A stretch of 64,000 bases of DNA from Eledone cirrhosa (GCA_964016885.1 OZ024741.1:76384001-76448000); one strand, 5' to 3'. Shown: positions 38,441-53,800, numbered from the stretch's first letter. Made by a program: numbers and translations. Notes: generated by a model not told the origin, from the sequence alone.

Positions 38441-38530
<90 letters not shown>

Positions 38531-38536
38531 CATATA

Positions 38537-38739
38537 TGGGTATGACATTAAACTACATCCAGTGACAAGGCTCCAGTTCGGGAGTTCAGGAGCTGTGGGG
38601 AATGTGGAGTTACCCCTTAGTTGTCATAACTCCTAGGTCTGCTCTGGCCCGGAGTAGTAGTACCTGTTAGGGCCCCATTTATGGCTTAAATAATTACCTT
38701 ATTCGAGTGGCGCCGGTAAGGTATTGTCAGCCATTGAAA

Positions 38740-38741
<2 letters not shown>
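38537..38741 (+). repeat. Unclassified dispersed-repeat-like insert between (TA)n tracts
   Basis: GC-richer ~200-bp block (gggtatgacattaaactacatcc...) bounded by TA arrays. Confidence 0.45.
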
Positions 38742-38793
<52 letters not shown>

Positions 38794-38925
38794 TATATAT
38801 ATATTATATATATTAAAATGAAATGAGAAATAACTCTACGGGAGTATAAACAAGCCAGACGTATATATAAATATATACATTAAAACAAGAACAGGAAAAT
38901 TCACTTTAGAATTTTAATTAAGCGA

Positions 38926-39000
38926 AAATACTATACATATTTCGATGGCCCAGCTCTATCATCCGATAATAATCCAAGACTAGACGATTTCATCAGGTGT
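38926..39000 (-). ncRNA. Hammerhead-like motif with extended, imperfect stem II
   Basis: Reverse complement: aacac-CTGATGA-...-atc-GAAA-tatgta-TA-gtatt; stem I has one mismatch. Confidence 0.5.
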
Positions 39001-39139
39001 TATTTGCAGGATTATGTAACAGGATTACGTTGAACCCAAACATTTATAAGAAGATAGGAGATAGAAAAAAAATAGTAGATAGAAAATAGAAAATTCGATT
39101 CGGAGACAGCCTGCTAATTTGGTGTTTTATCGATAACAT

Positions 39140-40190
39140 ATGGTTCCACATTGAATGGTTTCGATTTAGCACCATTCATCCGAACACAAATACTCGGGCA
39201 TTCGTATAGAGTCATCGGGGCAACCACAAGCTGACCACCTATCCCATACTCCTGCAGAACGTTCCACAATAAGTACCGGGGGACTCGACCATATACCTTT
39301 TCAAGGTCGACAAAACAAGAATATACCTCTTGGCAATGCTCCCAAGATTTCACGAAGACCTGCTGTAGTGTGAATATTTGGTCGGCTGTGCTGCGTTCAC
39401 AGCGAAAACCGCATTTTTAATCAACTAGCTTGGACTCGACAAACGCCCGAAATCTCTTTGTCAAACACTTAGCATAGACTTTACCGGGGAGGCTTAACAA
39501 GGAGATGCCTCTGTAATTGGATCAATCGCTCGTGTCTCTCTTTTTTGAAAATTGGGATTATCACTCCCGATTGCTATTGCTTAAGTGTCATTCCAGAAAA
39601 CCAAGCCACCTGGCACACACGAGTCAGCCAGAGAATACCTTCTCTATTTAAGGGTTTCATCTTCCCCAACAGCCTTGCCACATTTGAGCTATTTAATTAC
39701 TCTGGTGACATCAGCTTCCGAGAGATTAGTCACCGCTCCCAGATACACCTCGTGTACATCAGAAGATGCTGTTGTGATCGGGTTTAGATCAGCAAAGTAT
39801 CCTCTCCATTCCGCGAGAATACACCTCTTTGAAGAGAGAACCGCAGACGCGTTCCTGATAGCAGATATGGAGGAGGGCTTCTTATTATGAAGTCGGCGGA
39901 TGGTCTGCCAAAACACTTTATTTGCTGACCTGATGTCAGATTCCAGCTTAACACCAAAATCCTTCCATGTCTTAACTTTGGACGCCTGTCTCTGCTGCGA
40001 TTCTGCGTGCCTGCTTGTACCGCAAATGGAAGAAGGAAGATTTCCAAGCCAAGCTTTGTAGGCCTCCTTCTTTGCTTGGATGGCATCTTTGACCCCTTGA
40101 TTGAATCAATGGTTCATTGAGCTTGGCTGGTCTCACTTGGCGATCCAGCCGGATCAGTTGGAGATAGTTGCTTCTGACAGGACCCACTGG
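39140..40190 (-). pseudogene. Degenerate RTE-like LINE fragment (pre-RT and N-terminal RT)
   Basis: FWQTIRRL, ILAEWRGYFADL, YSCFVDLEKVYGRVPR. Confidence 0.8.
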
Positions 40191-40394
40191 AAGGAGTGTT
40201 TGAGGACTTTGCCCGCACGACCCTCGAATAAGTGGGCAAAGAAGAAGAGAAGACTGTGTTCATAGTTATTTTCTGTGTTCGAATTTTCTACATTTCTTAA
40301 GCGTGAACCTAATATGATTGTGTATCTTTTACATTCCTGTGTTTGTTTTCTTTCTTTAGTAAGTCTCTCTCTCTCTCTCTTTCTCTCCCTCTCT

Positions 40395-40439
<45 letters not shown>

Positions 40440-40441
<2 letters not shown>

Positions 40442-41077
40442 GTGGCTGCCAACTCGTTTTCGAGTACGGCCACTACTTTATATCCATGTAGGAGAACTCC
40501 TACCGATGCTCGGAACGAGTGTGACTTTTTAGTCCAGACTTGAAAATTCTGGTACAAACACTACACCTGCTACAATTACTGACACATAGTGCTGGACCCA
40601 TGGAACTATGTGATGACAAGTGCAGAGAGATCTCCAGATATAAAGCAATGCCTGTGCCGTGAAGCTTTTATAGTGAGCAAAGGCACTGCACAAAGCCAGT
40701 CCCACTTTCTTAACCAAGATGATATTTACCAAAAAGAAGAACAAGTCAACATCATTGGATACCATCAGAGTTGCAGGTGTTATATCAGAGTTTTCCTTCT
40801 CCTATAACTCTGCCTTGACAAAGGCTGAATCCTAGAATATATATACATACACGTATGCATACACATATGTATATACATACATACACATATACATACACAC
40901 ATCTACACATACATACATATATACACATACATACATATATATATGGCGGCTGCCAACTCGTTTTCGAGTATGGCCACCACTTTATATCAATGTATACCAT
41001 CATTGGATACCATCAGAGTTGCAGGTGTTATATAAGAGTTTTCCTTCTCCTAGAATTCTGCCTTGACAAAGGCTAAG
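40440..41077 (-). mobile_element. Two copies of an RTE 3'-end-derived element (same as 55298-55684)
   Basis: ggtggctgccaactcgttttcgagta at 40441 and a close variant at ~40944; reverse complement of 55300-55683. Confidence 0.8.
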
Positions 41078-41094
41078 GGATATATATATATATG

Positions 41095-41245
<151 letters not shown>

Positions 41246-41261
41246 GTATAAATATATATAT

Positions 41262-41434
<173 letters not shown>

Positions 41435-41544
41435 CTTAATATTAATTAATTCCCTTAAAACTTTTTTCCTTTTTTTTCTTTCCAGAATGGTGAGGACTTG
41501 GGAAACTGTGCGACCTAATTGTATAATAATAACAATAATAATAA

Positions 41545-41830
41545 TAATGGTTTCTGATTTAGGCACAAGGCCAACAATTTTTGAGGCAGGGAAAATCGAT
41601 TAAATCGACTCCAGTGCATTACTGGTACTTTATTTATCGACCCCGTAAGGATGAAAGGCAAATCTAACTCAGCGGGAGTTGAAATCAGAACGAATCTCGC
41701 CGAGGTTAGCTTTACCTTTCATTCTTACGGGGTCGATAAATAAAGTACCAGTAATGTACTGGAGTCGATTTAATGCCACCACCCCTCTAAAATTGCTGGC
41801 CTTGTGCCTAAATTAGAAATCATTATTATT
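41545..41830. mobile_element. Head-to-head pair of partial MetaSINE-like SINEs (inverted repeat)
   Basis: - copy ~41545-41690, + copy ~41693-41830. Confidence 0.75.
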
Positions 41831-42218
41831 ATGATTATTATCATTGCCATGAGGAAAAAATATATACAATTTTCATAAACTTTGAATGGGTTAATATTCT
41901 TAATATTTTACCCTACTATTGGTTTCAGTCCTTGAATTGTGACCATACTGTGGCACGGCCATCAGGAGATTTAGTCATTTATATCGATCCCAATATATAT
42001 TTATAAACTGGCCCTTATTATATCGAATCCTACTTACATCGATTCACTAAGTTCCTTTTTTTTCACATACAATAAGCACAATTAGATCCAACATATATGC
42101 AGGTGCAGATACACACACACTCACACACACATACACTCATTCACACATACACAGACACACACACAGACACACACACACACGCACACACACACACGCGCAC
42201 ACAGACACACACACGCAC

Positions 42219-42336
<118 letters not shown>

Positions 42337-45300
42337 CAAACTACCATAATTCATAACGAAGGGTTAGGGAAGGATTAAAGCAACTAAGGTCCCTAGATTA
42401 TAGAATATTTGGGCCCCACAGTATCTGTTCAGAATGAAAATTCTAAGTACATGAATGTCGGCCTATAAATACAACGCATCTGAGATTCCAGCACCAATCC
42501 GTGCTAACCTCTAAAACAGAGGCGACACCGACAGAAACATAATCATAGTTAATAACGAATATAATATTCTAAATACCGTGTATCATAGTTATGTTATATA
42601 TGTGTATGTGTATATATATATATATTAACATTTATGTAAAATTCGGCAGGGATCTTTTGGCTCTGATGCCATGATCTACAGTCCTGTTAATCCATGTGTA
42701 AATCCGGTACCGCCTAGAGATGCCATAGTTGCAGAGAAAGAAATACCACCTCTTTTCTTCATTTTTTCCCTCGTCACCATTTCTTTCCTATCTATTTCTT
42801 GATGTTACTCAACCAACCTCTCATGGTCTTCCTATTCCTATTTTATAGGAGGGTCTGTCAATTCAAGGATATATTCTTTAGAGGTTGAGTACCATAATCA
42901 AGCAACTTTGCTTTCCACATTTTATCAGTTAACAGAGAGTTTCGTATTTCACATTCTTTCAACTGGTGCAAGATGTGCTGTCTTCCCTTCTACCATACTA
43001 CACTGTTGATCCACAGGCCTAATGTGTTCTTTCTCGTTTCATCCATGTCTCTCTTCATACAATCGCTCGTGCTGTGTCGCACCTCACAGACCCACACTAA
43101 ATACAACGAAACTTCTACCTTGTCACTTGATTTGCTAGAAATAGCAGCCAAATATCTCTCAAATCATACTACCTTCTTAAAAAGGAAGGAGACATTGGAT
43201 AACAGTCTAAATACACTGTCAGAGATATAAACAGGATGGTCACAGCTGGAATGATCATAAATCATTTCATTCAGGACTTACTTGAGTCTGAACAAGAACA
43301 ACATTAAATGCTTCTCCCAGTCCTTACTGCACACAACTTTAAGCCCTCTGTCATCTTGTTGTCCGCCAGTTCTTTAAAGTGGACATCAGTTTTTTTACCT
43401 CAATCTCACTAGTCTTAAAAGGTGGTAAATTAGAATCGAACAAAACACTTTGTGGTAGTATTTGTTCCGGCTTCTTGAATTCTAGCTTTAAATGCCACCG
43501 AGGTCGACTTTGCTTTTCATCACTTCGGGGTTGATACATAAAGAACCAATCAAATACTGGTCGATTTCTCTTTCTCTGAATCAGTGACTTGAAGGATCAA
43601 ATAAAAGGGCATGCACATGATACCCAACTCGTTATTTCTGCACCAGTTTGTGACCAAAGAAACACTAACGCACGCATGCACACACAAACACACTCACGAA
43701 TACACAAACACACATACGCACTCATCAACACATACACTCACACAAACTTACGCATAGACACATGTACATGCGGACGCACTCATAAACACACTCACACACA
43801 AACATACGCAAACACAACGATACGCACACACAAAGATACACACGCATAAACATACATATGCACACAAACTCACGCATAAACACACACACGCACGCACATA
43901 CACAGGCGCGCGCACACACATACACATACGCACGCATTCATAGAATGGACTCTCCCGCTGAGTAAAACATATAAATGCTCAGCTGTTCCATCAGATGAAT
44001 GGTCTTCTCGTATTTCGCAGATACGTTTACCATTATCGTAATTCTCAAGACGAATCAACATGGCAGGGCTGAATTACGACATCATTCCGCCCGACGAGCT
44101 CCCATGCAGATTCTACCTACCCAATTCCACATACAAGACTTGTGTGGATCGGAAACCTCATGGTTACAAATTTCTTAACTCCTTGAACATACTTGCATCC
44201 TCAATATACACACAAACACAGCTACATCTGCGTCTATATTAAATGATATTTTCAAACGATATTTCTGTAATTTAATCAGTTGTAGTATGAATACAGTGAC
44301 TCCATTTCCACCACAATTTGTAAGATTAAAATTTGGATTTAGGGCTAGGATTATGATTTTAGGTTATGGTTAAACGTAGAAAGAATAATTGAAAAGAGTG
44401 AATTTGTGAAATTTTTGCTTTTCTTTCCGGGCAACACATAAAAATGTGATTTATGAATAAAATGTATAATTATGAATAATAAACAAAATTATTAATGTAA
44501 TTATGTTATGGTTTTGCTTTTGATTTAATTTGTTGTCAAACAATATAGTTTCTCTACAGTGTCCCGAAAGCTTTGCCAGAATCTTAGTAAAAAAAACTTT
44601 AACCGAATAATTAATTGCTTATATTAATTTGGTACAATTATTTTACGACTTGGTTAGGGAGAGAAGGGTAGTGCTCATTATTTTATTTTTTAAGACCTAC
44701 ATGTCCGGTGAAATGAAGAGAGAAAAGGTATCTTCAAACCTGAGATTAGGCCTAAATTCTTGCCAAAGGCATCCAAGAGGCAGGGTGATCATTTTCTACC
44801 AGGCAGCGGTTTCTGTCTAAGCAGGCCATGGGGGGGGGGGGGGGGGGATCTAAACTAAAGCACCATAAACAAATGCTACTAGACATTTCGTAAATCCACC
44901 GTCATTGATTGCTGCTTTGTGGTATCGACTCTGAATTGATAAACGGTAATACTGAGCACAACGGCATTTGAGCTCAGAGCACAATGAGTTGGAACAAACA
45001 TTTTGTCATACGCTCTAATGATTAATAATTACACCGTTAACTGTATTAAGACATACTGGATCACTGTTCACATGTATGGGGTGGTTCCACTTCTTGACAC
45101 ACACACATCATAGACCCTGTCACAAATATGATCCCACAGTTAAGTCATTGTTGCATTTTTTACCCAAACCAGGTGAAAATTTCTGCATTTGTGTTTGATA
45201 TTTTCATCTTTCATTTGCTTTATTATTAAACAGAAAATATATATGGAAGTTTACCTAATTTAAAAATTGTGTAACTTCATCGAAGGAATAACAACGAAGT

Positions 45301-47779
45301 CGTTTGATTTGTCAGAAATACCAGCTAAATCTCTTTCAAACCACACGGTACTGTCAAATCTTTTAATACAAAATATAAATATAAAACATGCGCTGTTTCA
45401 AAAGGTAAAAAGAAATTATATCAAATATGTCTTGAGTAGATGGTAAACAATTCTGCCGATACATATAAAAGAAGGAATTATACAAAGTAACTCAAAGGAA
45501 ACTCCCTCTCCCTACACGTTTCCTCTTGACGCATTAATCAGATTTATACTAAGATACAAATACTATAGTAAGAAAATGGATTATTTTTAGTATATTGATA
45601 TCTCAAGCTGATAATATACAACTAGAAAGACCGCTGCAGATAGTACACAAATTTGAAAGAGAAATTAATGAGATTCAAATGAGAAAAATAGGCCAATGCA
45701 ATCTAGATTAATATTACACATTAGATAATTAAACAAAAATATGAGAATTCCAACAAACACAGATTTACAACTACTGAATTACAAGTGCTGCCAATGAACT
45801 AGACAGTATACAACACAAAAAAAAAAAATGAAAGGAAATTTCAGAAGTGAATATAATAGATTCGTTAGATTAATATTTAATACAATGCTAATTACAAAAC
45901 CAGACGTCAAAATTATTATTTTTTTTTTTTTCGTAATAAGTTATAGTTATAATATATTTAATTGGAAGCTAAACGAACTAGCAAGATTGGACTATGATAA
46001 AACAAAAAACGTAATTACTGCATTTTAAGTATACCACCCAAAATCTAATATAGAGTATATTTAAAGGAATAGAGAGACGTAGAGATCATATAGAACTGGA
46101 AAATCAATATAAAATATCCATACTACGACTACAAAAATATCTAGTAAAGCATAATGGAAAACTAATAATTACAAATAGCTACAAAACACTAACAAAAACA
46201 ATTTTTTTTTTTCGAAGCCAATAAATACAAAACTGTGAAGAAAGGAGAAACAACAACAGAAATTGTGAAAAGGTTAAAACTTAAGCTCAAAATGGGGCTA
46301 CTAACTTAAAAAGGTTTCAAGACCGTATATGAGAAAGCTGAACAACCGAAGAAATGGAACTAGACAAGGATAATTAGTAATATTAGCTGAATAGTGCAAC
46401 ACAAAGCTGCAAGTGGAGTTTTTTTTTTTATTGCGGCACAGAATCAAAGCCTCGCTATCAGAAAGACATGTAATGACATGGAATATATTAAGTTACTGTA
46501 AACTTTGTGGGTGTTGGGAAGAAACTAGATTGCCTTTGGTTTCCCAGTCTTAGCTAAGAAAGACTACATCTATAACTATGAAGGAGTTGGGACTAAGTGC
46601 CCATACTATGTGATATGCTAATTCACAGACGCAGGGAGATATAGGCAAATCAGCTGGATATTACTGTCAGCTATCACCATAAGTTCTCATGTGATAGAAC
46701 AGAGTCGTGCTTGTTTGTTAGGACACGGTTACAACATGTATATACTGCATTAATATTCTTCCACACAAGCTACGTGAACTGATTTCCTCAACCTGGAACA
46801 CTTATGTACTATTAGTGTTTCACTTTCCCAATATGGAAATTTATTAATAAGATTAGATAAAAGTCTAAAATGAGGTGGAAGCTGCAATTAATATTGCTAG
46901 AGATTTTTACCTATTTAAATCACAGAATTCTTTGAACACCAGTCTTTTAAAATATAAAATGAATATAATAAACCACAAAAAACTAAATTATGGAGCATGT
47001 CAAATATGGCGGCATTGATCTCGTGCCAAAGCATAAATGATAAAAATCTAGTTTTTAAAAATAAAATCTTAAAATGGATGTTTACTTTGATTTAATATAT
47101 AAAGCAAATTCTACTATCTATATACAAAACAAAAAGTTCTTTAATTTGGTAAAAAAAAACAAAAAACCTACAGAGAGACATTATCGGGAACGCATATTTT
47201 GTATATTTTCTTAAACAAACTAACCTAACCTAACCTTACCTAACTTACCATGATGAGAGGCTAGGTTAGGTGTAGTTTTATTAGTTTATTTACGAAAATA
47301 TTTCTTATATTTTCATTACAAATACATTTTTCGATATTAATAAATATTAATGATGATACCAGTATTTGATTAATTCTTATTGAGCCTATCGGATAACCAA
47401 AGCACAATCTAACAAAATCATTTTACAGTTAATAAAAAGACTTACCTTTTACTATTCAGTTAATTTTGTGCGTAAATTGGGTAAAATTTATTTGTCTCTA
47501 GCTATAGTAATACCGACGCATGGTATTGTACATTCAAGGAATAGATATAGATTGTTAATAAATTCACGTTGTTACAAGAATCTTGCATCCGGATTCAAGG
47601 TTTGTTCAATGTCATTTTTCGGTGATAATCAAAGACTTTCGTTGACAAACTCACCCTTAAAAAATAAATTGGTAATATATTTTTTTGAAATTTAAAGGCT
47701 GAGATGAAAATTAAGTACGAATTATTAAAACGTCGGACATGTAACAGTAGCTTAGAAAATTGAGTTTAAAAAAAACCTA

Positions 47780-49340
47780 CGGAGAATCGAACACCGTATC
47801 TCTCGAATTTGGCTTCTGCGGCAAAAGATCCTCATAGTCAACCAGTGTCTCTCTTGCTGCATGCGATGTTTGGTGATTAACGAGACCTGCTCTAGAAAGC
47901 AATATTCTGTTGCACATATTGCATCCAAATTCTGGATCAAAATATTCTGGAATTTCTGTTTTCCCCCTCTCACAAGGATCTTTTGAGCTCTGCATGTTCA
48001 ATACGCTTTGCCTCAAACTTCTTGCAACCGCCTTTAATTATGCTACGCCAATCTATTCTGTTCTCTGCCAAGAGTTCTCAATTTCTAATATCCATATCCA
48101 GAATTTTTACATTTTCCTTAACCTCGTCTTTGAATCGCTTCTTTGGTTTATGACATGGTCTATTTTTATTTGAGAGCTAGCCATAAAACCATCTCTTGAG
48201 CAGCCTGGTATCGCCCTTCCTGTCAACATGAGTAGTCCTACGCACTTGGCTGTAGACAATTAAGTTCTCAAAACTTTCACAACCAGCTCTCACCAGTAAT
48301 TCCGTATTAAAGATGTCCATCTACCACACCTCAGATCCACACAATACAGTTAGCACACATAATATGAACACACTTATTTTAGTTACCATATGAAGGCCCT
48401 CATCTTTAAATGTTTTTAGTTTTCCAAATGCTGAAGTGTAATTTAAAATTTTCTGATTGATCTCCGCATCAAGTGATTCATCTTTATTAATAAGGCTTCC
48501 AAGATATGGAACCCTATCTACTACTCTCAGTTGTGTACTGTCAACTGTTATGTTTGGTTCAACACGAACCTCATCTGAAGAGGAGTAAATACTACTTTGG
48601 TTTTTGTGAGGCTGATGGTCAGTCCAAACACTTGATAAGCCCTAGAAAAATTATTCATTAGGACCTATATATCTTCTGTGCAACAGGATCAACATTATCT
48701 GCATACAACAGCTCCCGAATAATTTCTTTAAAAGTTTTGAGTTAGCATGAAAGTGACATAAGTTAAAAAGTTTATCAGATGTAAACTCCCATATATACTC
48801 AAAATCATAGCTCAGACAGACTGCAACATAGAGAAAAGTATGGGTGCTGGTATGTCAACGTGTTTCACACCTGTTTCAATTTTGATTTGCTCAGAGAATT
48901 TACCATGAACACTTCATTTCATGTCCCTGTGAAACTTCTTAAACAAATTCACCTACTCTGGAGGACAACCAAGTTTCCCGATAATTATTCACAAAGCATT
49001 TCGGTTCACAGTATCAAAAGCCTTGGTAAGATCTACAAAAACCTGATACAGTGGAAGTCTATGTTCAAAGTACTTCTGCAATTGATACGCAGTGGATATC
49101 AAGTACATGGTTGCATGACCTGATTTTAACACACATTGACTCTCTGGAATAAACGAGGGACAGATCCAGGTCAATAATCTGTTCAGCAATAATTTGGCAA
49201 GAAACTTACAAGCAACTTCAAGCACACTGATACGACGATGCTCCTTGCATATTTCTTTGGACCTTTTGCCATTGCATAAGGATATCATGATTGCATCTGT
49301 TCAATCTTGGGGTCTATCGCCTCCCTCCCAAATTCGCAAT
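47780..49340 (-). pseudogene. Degenerate RTE (BovB-like) LINE
   Basis: HRRISVL, FIPESQC, VFVDLTKAFDTVNR and C-terminal CNMCNRILLSRAGLVNH. Confidence 0.8.
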
Positions 49341-49408
49341 ATTAGAGATTGAACCTGAGTAGTAATGAATATATAGGGGGAGGGGCTAACAGATCACACG
49401 ATCCTCTC

Positions 49409-49607
<199 letters not shown>

Positions 49608-50076
49608 GAATAGATAAATTAATATATGACTCAATCCGTTTTATTATTTTACAAGATTTGGTATTTGTCAAGCGACAATACTAACCTTTAAGTTGGAGGA
49701 GTGGCTGCTGTAAGAAATGAGCAGGAGGGAACTATTATTTTGTGACTGGTTTAACATTTTTATTATGTAATTCAGTAATGCCTCAAAATTACAATTCTTC
49801 AAAGTTGATACACTAGCATTACCACAGCAGTTCAGCTAAAGCAAAAATAATTATTTAAAAAAGTTGCACACTTTATACAAAATACAAATGAAAAGTTCAA
49901 ACTGTTGATGACCTTTATATTAAATATTAATTGTAGACAACCAGTCTGGATTATTTGAAGAACTCCTTTTTTAATCCCGTTTCTTTCTTAATCGCTGGTG
50001 GTTTTCTTTCTTTTTTTCAGGGGATTTCTCTCTAATCTTTCTGTGATCACTCTCTCAACAAAACAAAAAAAAAAAA

Positions 50077-50824
50077 AATTGTTTCTACTTTTGGCACAAG
50101 GCAAGCAATTATCCCAGTGTATTACTGGTACTTTATTTTATCGACCCCGTAAGGATGAAAGGCAAAGTTAATCTCGGCAGGATTTGAACTCAGACCATAA
50201 AGGGGCGTAACTCTTTGCTGCAAAGCATGACATCCGACCCTCTACCGATACTGCCAATAATAATTGTTTCTACGTTAGGCACAAGGCCAGCAATTATCCA
50301 GTGCATTACTGGTACTTTATTTTATCGACCCCGTAAGGATGAAAGTCAAAGTCAACCTCGGCGGGATTTGAACTCAGATCGTAAAGGGACGTAACTATGC
50401 TGGAAAGCATGGCGTCCGACCCTCTACCGATACTGCCAATCCTGCCAATAATAATAACCTTTAGTTTATGAAAACAGATCTCTGCTGCCTACCTTTTTCA
50501 TTGATTAGCTCACAAACTATTGCATTGTTTGCTAAAATGTTTGTAAAATAATTCTGATACAACAATAAAATTAGTAAAAAGTAGTTATGAGAAACGAAAA
50601 TGTGAATAAATAAGTGTGTGTAACTGCGTTCCCAACTGAAATATAATTGAAAAACAAATCTCAAATCGAAAGGAACGTTTTTGTAAAATAATTGTTGCTG
50701 CTTTTGGCACAAGGCCAGCATTTATCCCAGTGTATTACCTCGCCGGTATTTGAACTCAGAATGGAAAGGGCCGTAACTCTATGCGTCAAAGTTTGGCGTC
50801 CGACCATCTACCGATACTGCCAAT
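50077..50824 (-). mobile_element. Three MetaSINE-like SINE copies (50077-50258, 50260-50445, 50689-50824)
   Basis: Reverse copies of the main SINE. Confidence 0.85.
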
Positions 50825-50945
50825 CAAGAAGCTAGACAGGAATTAAGAAACAATCGGAATTAAAACAGGAATTCTTCAGATAATGTTGGTTCATTATAAT
50901 CCACTCTGTTTGTTTACAATTAATTTTTATATATATAGATATAAC

Positions 50946-51000
<55 letters not shown>

Positions 51001-51176
51001 AATCTACCAAAATATACGGTAGTGTCCAATCCGTATGAAGAACTCAATGTAATCCAAATATCATGAAAAGAAGATGCATTCAAAAATTTTCGATGAAAAT
51101 CATAGGAAAACAGAGTCAAGATAAATTAATAAAAACAATGAATAAAAAAGAACAAGTTCCTTATATTAAAAAGTTC

Positions 51177-51310
51177 ATCATTTTACGATCGTTTCTAGGA
51201 TATATATATGTGTTGGCATGTATATCATATAGATCTATGTAAAAATATTACAAACTATCAGAGGAAATATACATACCATCACATATATATATGCTGTCTT
51301 CAGAAATGAT
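51177..51310 (-). ncRNA. Type I hammerhead ribozyme motif with ~100-nt stem II
   Basis: Reverse complement: atcattt-CTGAAGA-[..atatatatatgtg..tggtatgtatat / atatacatgcca..cacatatatatat..]-GAAA-cgatcg-TA-aaatgat; 7-bp stem I, palindromic stem III. Confidence 0.8.
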
Positions 51311-51551
51311 GAGATTTGTTTATTGAAAAAACCCAACAAAGATTTAATATAATAGGTCTGTTTGGGAACAGGTTTTGAATTGACCAATAGAAAAGTAGTA
51401 AGAGGTCAAGTTGATAGAATAGTAGTAGTAGAAATTTAATTTAGAGGTAGAGGAGTGCAGACTTATGTTTTGAATGGAAAGAATACTTTGAATGAAAAGA
51501 ATACTTTGGGGATGAAAAGAGGTCAAGCCAGTGAAGAGTACACGAAAATAT

Positions 51552-51900
51552 GATGTTATTAAAGAATAATGTTAAAAGTGAAGGAAAGTAAAATTTTAGG
51601 GTAAAGGTATTAGTGAAAAATACCAATCTTATTTAAACCACAGGGAATCTAGATCTATAACAAGAAATTAAATTAATTGATAGGTATACTTATAGGGATA
51701 AATTTATATTAATTCATATGGATGTGATAAATAAAAATTAGATGTTATTAAAGAATGTTGTTAAAAACGAAGGAAAATAAAATTTTGGGATAAGGGTAGT
51801 AGTGAGAAATACCAATCTTATATAAACTACAAGGAATCTAGACTCATAACAGGAAATTAAATTAATTTATATGTATTCTTTTAGGTATTAATTTTAGGAA
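51552..51900 (-). repeat. ~190-bp tandem direct repeat upstream (- strand) of the hammerhead; possible PLE pLTR remnant
   Basis: gatgttattaaagaat...aataccaatcttat...ggaatctaga at ~51552 and ~51741; - strand IPCGLNK resembles the PLE C-terminal PxGLN motif. Confidence 0.55.
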
Positions 51901-52129
51901 AAGAGAGCTGTAAGAGGGAAATAAAATTATGAAGTTCTCTGTAGTAAAGTACGAATTATAGGTTAACTAAATTAAAAAACTAATTATAATAATATGTAAA
52001 ATATAAGTGTAAGGTGTATATTAATTAGGTTTATAATATTTGAAGGTTCTTCTAATTCTATGATTGCAAGATATCCTAGTTCGCGTGGGACGCCCCTCAT
52101 CGCCCCCACTACAACAACAACAACTACTG

Positions 52130-52178
<49 letters not shown>

Positions 52179-52185
52179 AACAACA

Positions 52186-52227
<42 letters not shown>

Positions 52228-52247
52228 TAATATCATCATCAGCCACA

Positions 52248-52445
52248 AGGGTGGTGGATTGGAAGTATCGGTAGAGGGTCGGACGCCATGCTTTCCAGCA
52301 TAGTTACGTCCCTTTACGATCTGAGTTCAAATCCCACCGAGATTGACTTTGCCTTTCATCCTTACGGGGTCGATAAAATAAAGTACCAGTAATGCACTGG
52401 GTTATTGCTGGCCTTGTGCCTAAAGTAGAAACAATTATTATCATC
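52248..52445 (+). mobile_element. MetaSINE-like SINE
   Basis: Full-length copy. Confidence 0.85.
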
Positions 52446-52569
52446 ATCAGCCGAAATCGACTGAACAATTGATCTCTACGTGGGTCTGTCGTTCATTGCC
52501 GTTGCCAAGTCCTGGATTTCAATACCAGAATCTCTGGAGATGATATCGGGATAAAAAAAAAACACGGAC

Positions 52570-52586
52570 TACTACCACTACTACTA

Positions 52587-52656
<70 letters not shown>

Positions 52657-53800
52657 CACCACCACCATCACTACCCCGCTCCTCCAGCAGGATTTTACAT
52701 TAGAACACAAGTCTTTGTTATTGTTGCTGTTAAGGTGTGGTTGGTGTTGGTGTTGGTGTTGGTGGTTGTGGTGGCAGTAATGGTGGCGGCGGCGGCGGCA
52801 GCGGTAGTGGTGGTGGTGGTGGTTGGTGGCATTGGTAGTATTGGTGGTAGTGGTAGAAATGGTGGGAACGTTTCTTGCAGATTGGGTGACCAGATAGGAG
52901 CTTTGCCATTGTCTTAGCTGGAGGAGATTGTGCGTACGGTGAGGGTGGTGGTGGTAATGAGGTGAAGGATGGCTGGTATCGTCTGGAGATAATGTAGAAG
53001 AGGGAAGAAGGAGGAGGAGAAATTGATAAATAGTTGATAGAGTGTGGCGAGGGTATGGGTGGGCGGCACTGTGGTCCTTTTTGTTGTTGTTGTGGTGGTG
53101 AGGTGATGAGTGTTGGATAGTCAACTGTTTGGGTTTTATTAGGAGTGATGAGGGAAACTTCAGTGATGGTAGAGGTGATGACATGGTTACAATGATGATG
53201 ATGATGATGAGGAGGAGGAGGAGGAGGGAGAGGAGGGGAGGGGGAGGGGTTGTTGTGGTGGTGGTGGTGATAATGATGGTGACGGTGATGATGATGAGGA
53301 GGAGAACGAGGGGAGGGGAAGGAAGAGAGTGGTGCTGATGGTGGCGGCGGCGGTCATGATGATGGTGATGGTGGTGATGATGACATGGTTACAGTGATGA
53401 TGATGAGGAGAAGAAGGAGGAAGAGGAGGAAGAGGAGAGTGGTTGTGGTGGTGGTGGTGGTGATAATGATGGTGATGGTGATAATGAGGAGGGGGAGTGT
53501 GGTGGTGATGATGATGATGGTGATAGTAGTGGTGATAATGATAATGATGAGGAGTGTGGTGGTGGTGATGATGAGGAGGAAGAGGAGCGTGTGTGGTGGT
53601 GATGATGATGATGGTGATGGTGGTGGTGAGGAGGAGTGTGGTGGTGGTGGTGTTAGTGGTGATGATGAGTATGATGGTGATGATCGTGGTGATGACGATC
53701 GTGAATGTAGTCATGGTTATGATGATGATGGTGGTGGTGGTGGTGGTTTTGACGATGGTGGTGATGAGGACGATAATGACAGTGATGGTGATGTTATTAC
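52570..53800. repeat. Low-complexity trinucleotide region (CTA/GGT/GAT/GAG)
   Basis: Read directly; the ORFs here are homopolymeric. Confidence 0.9.

Noticed and set aside
47203-47302. (TAACC)n/(GGTTA)n telomere-like repeats in a short inverted repeat
   Set aside because: Only a few units; common inside invertebrate DNA transposon remnants and not a telomere.
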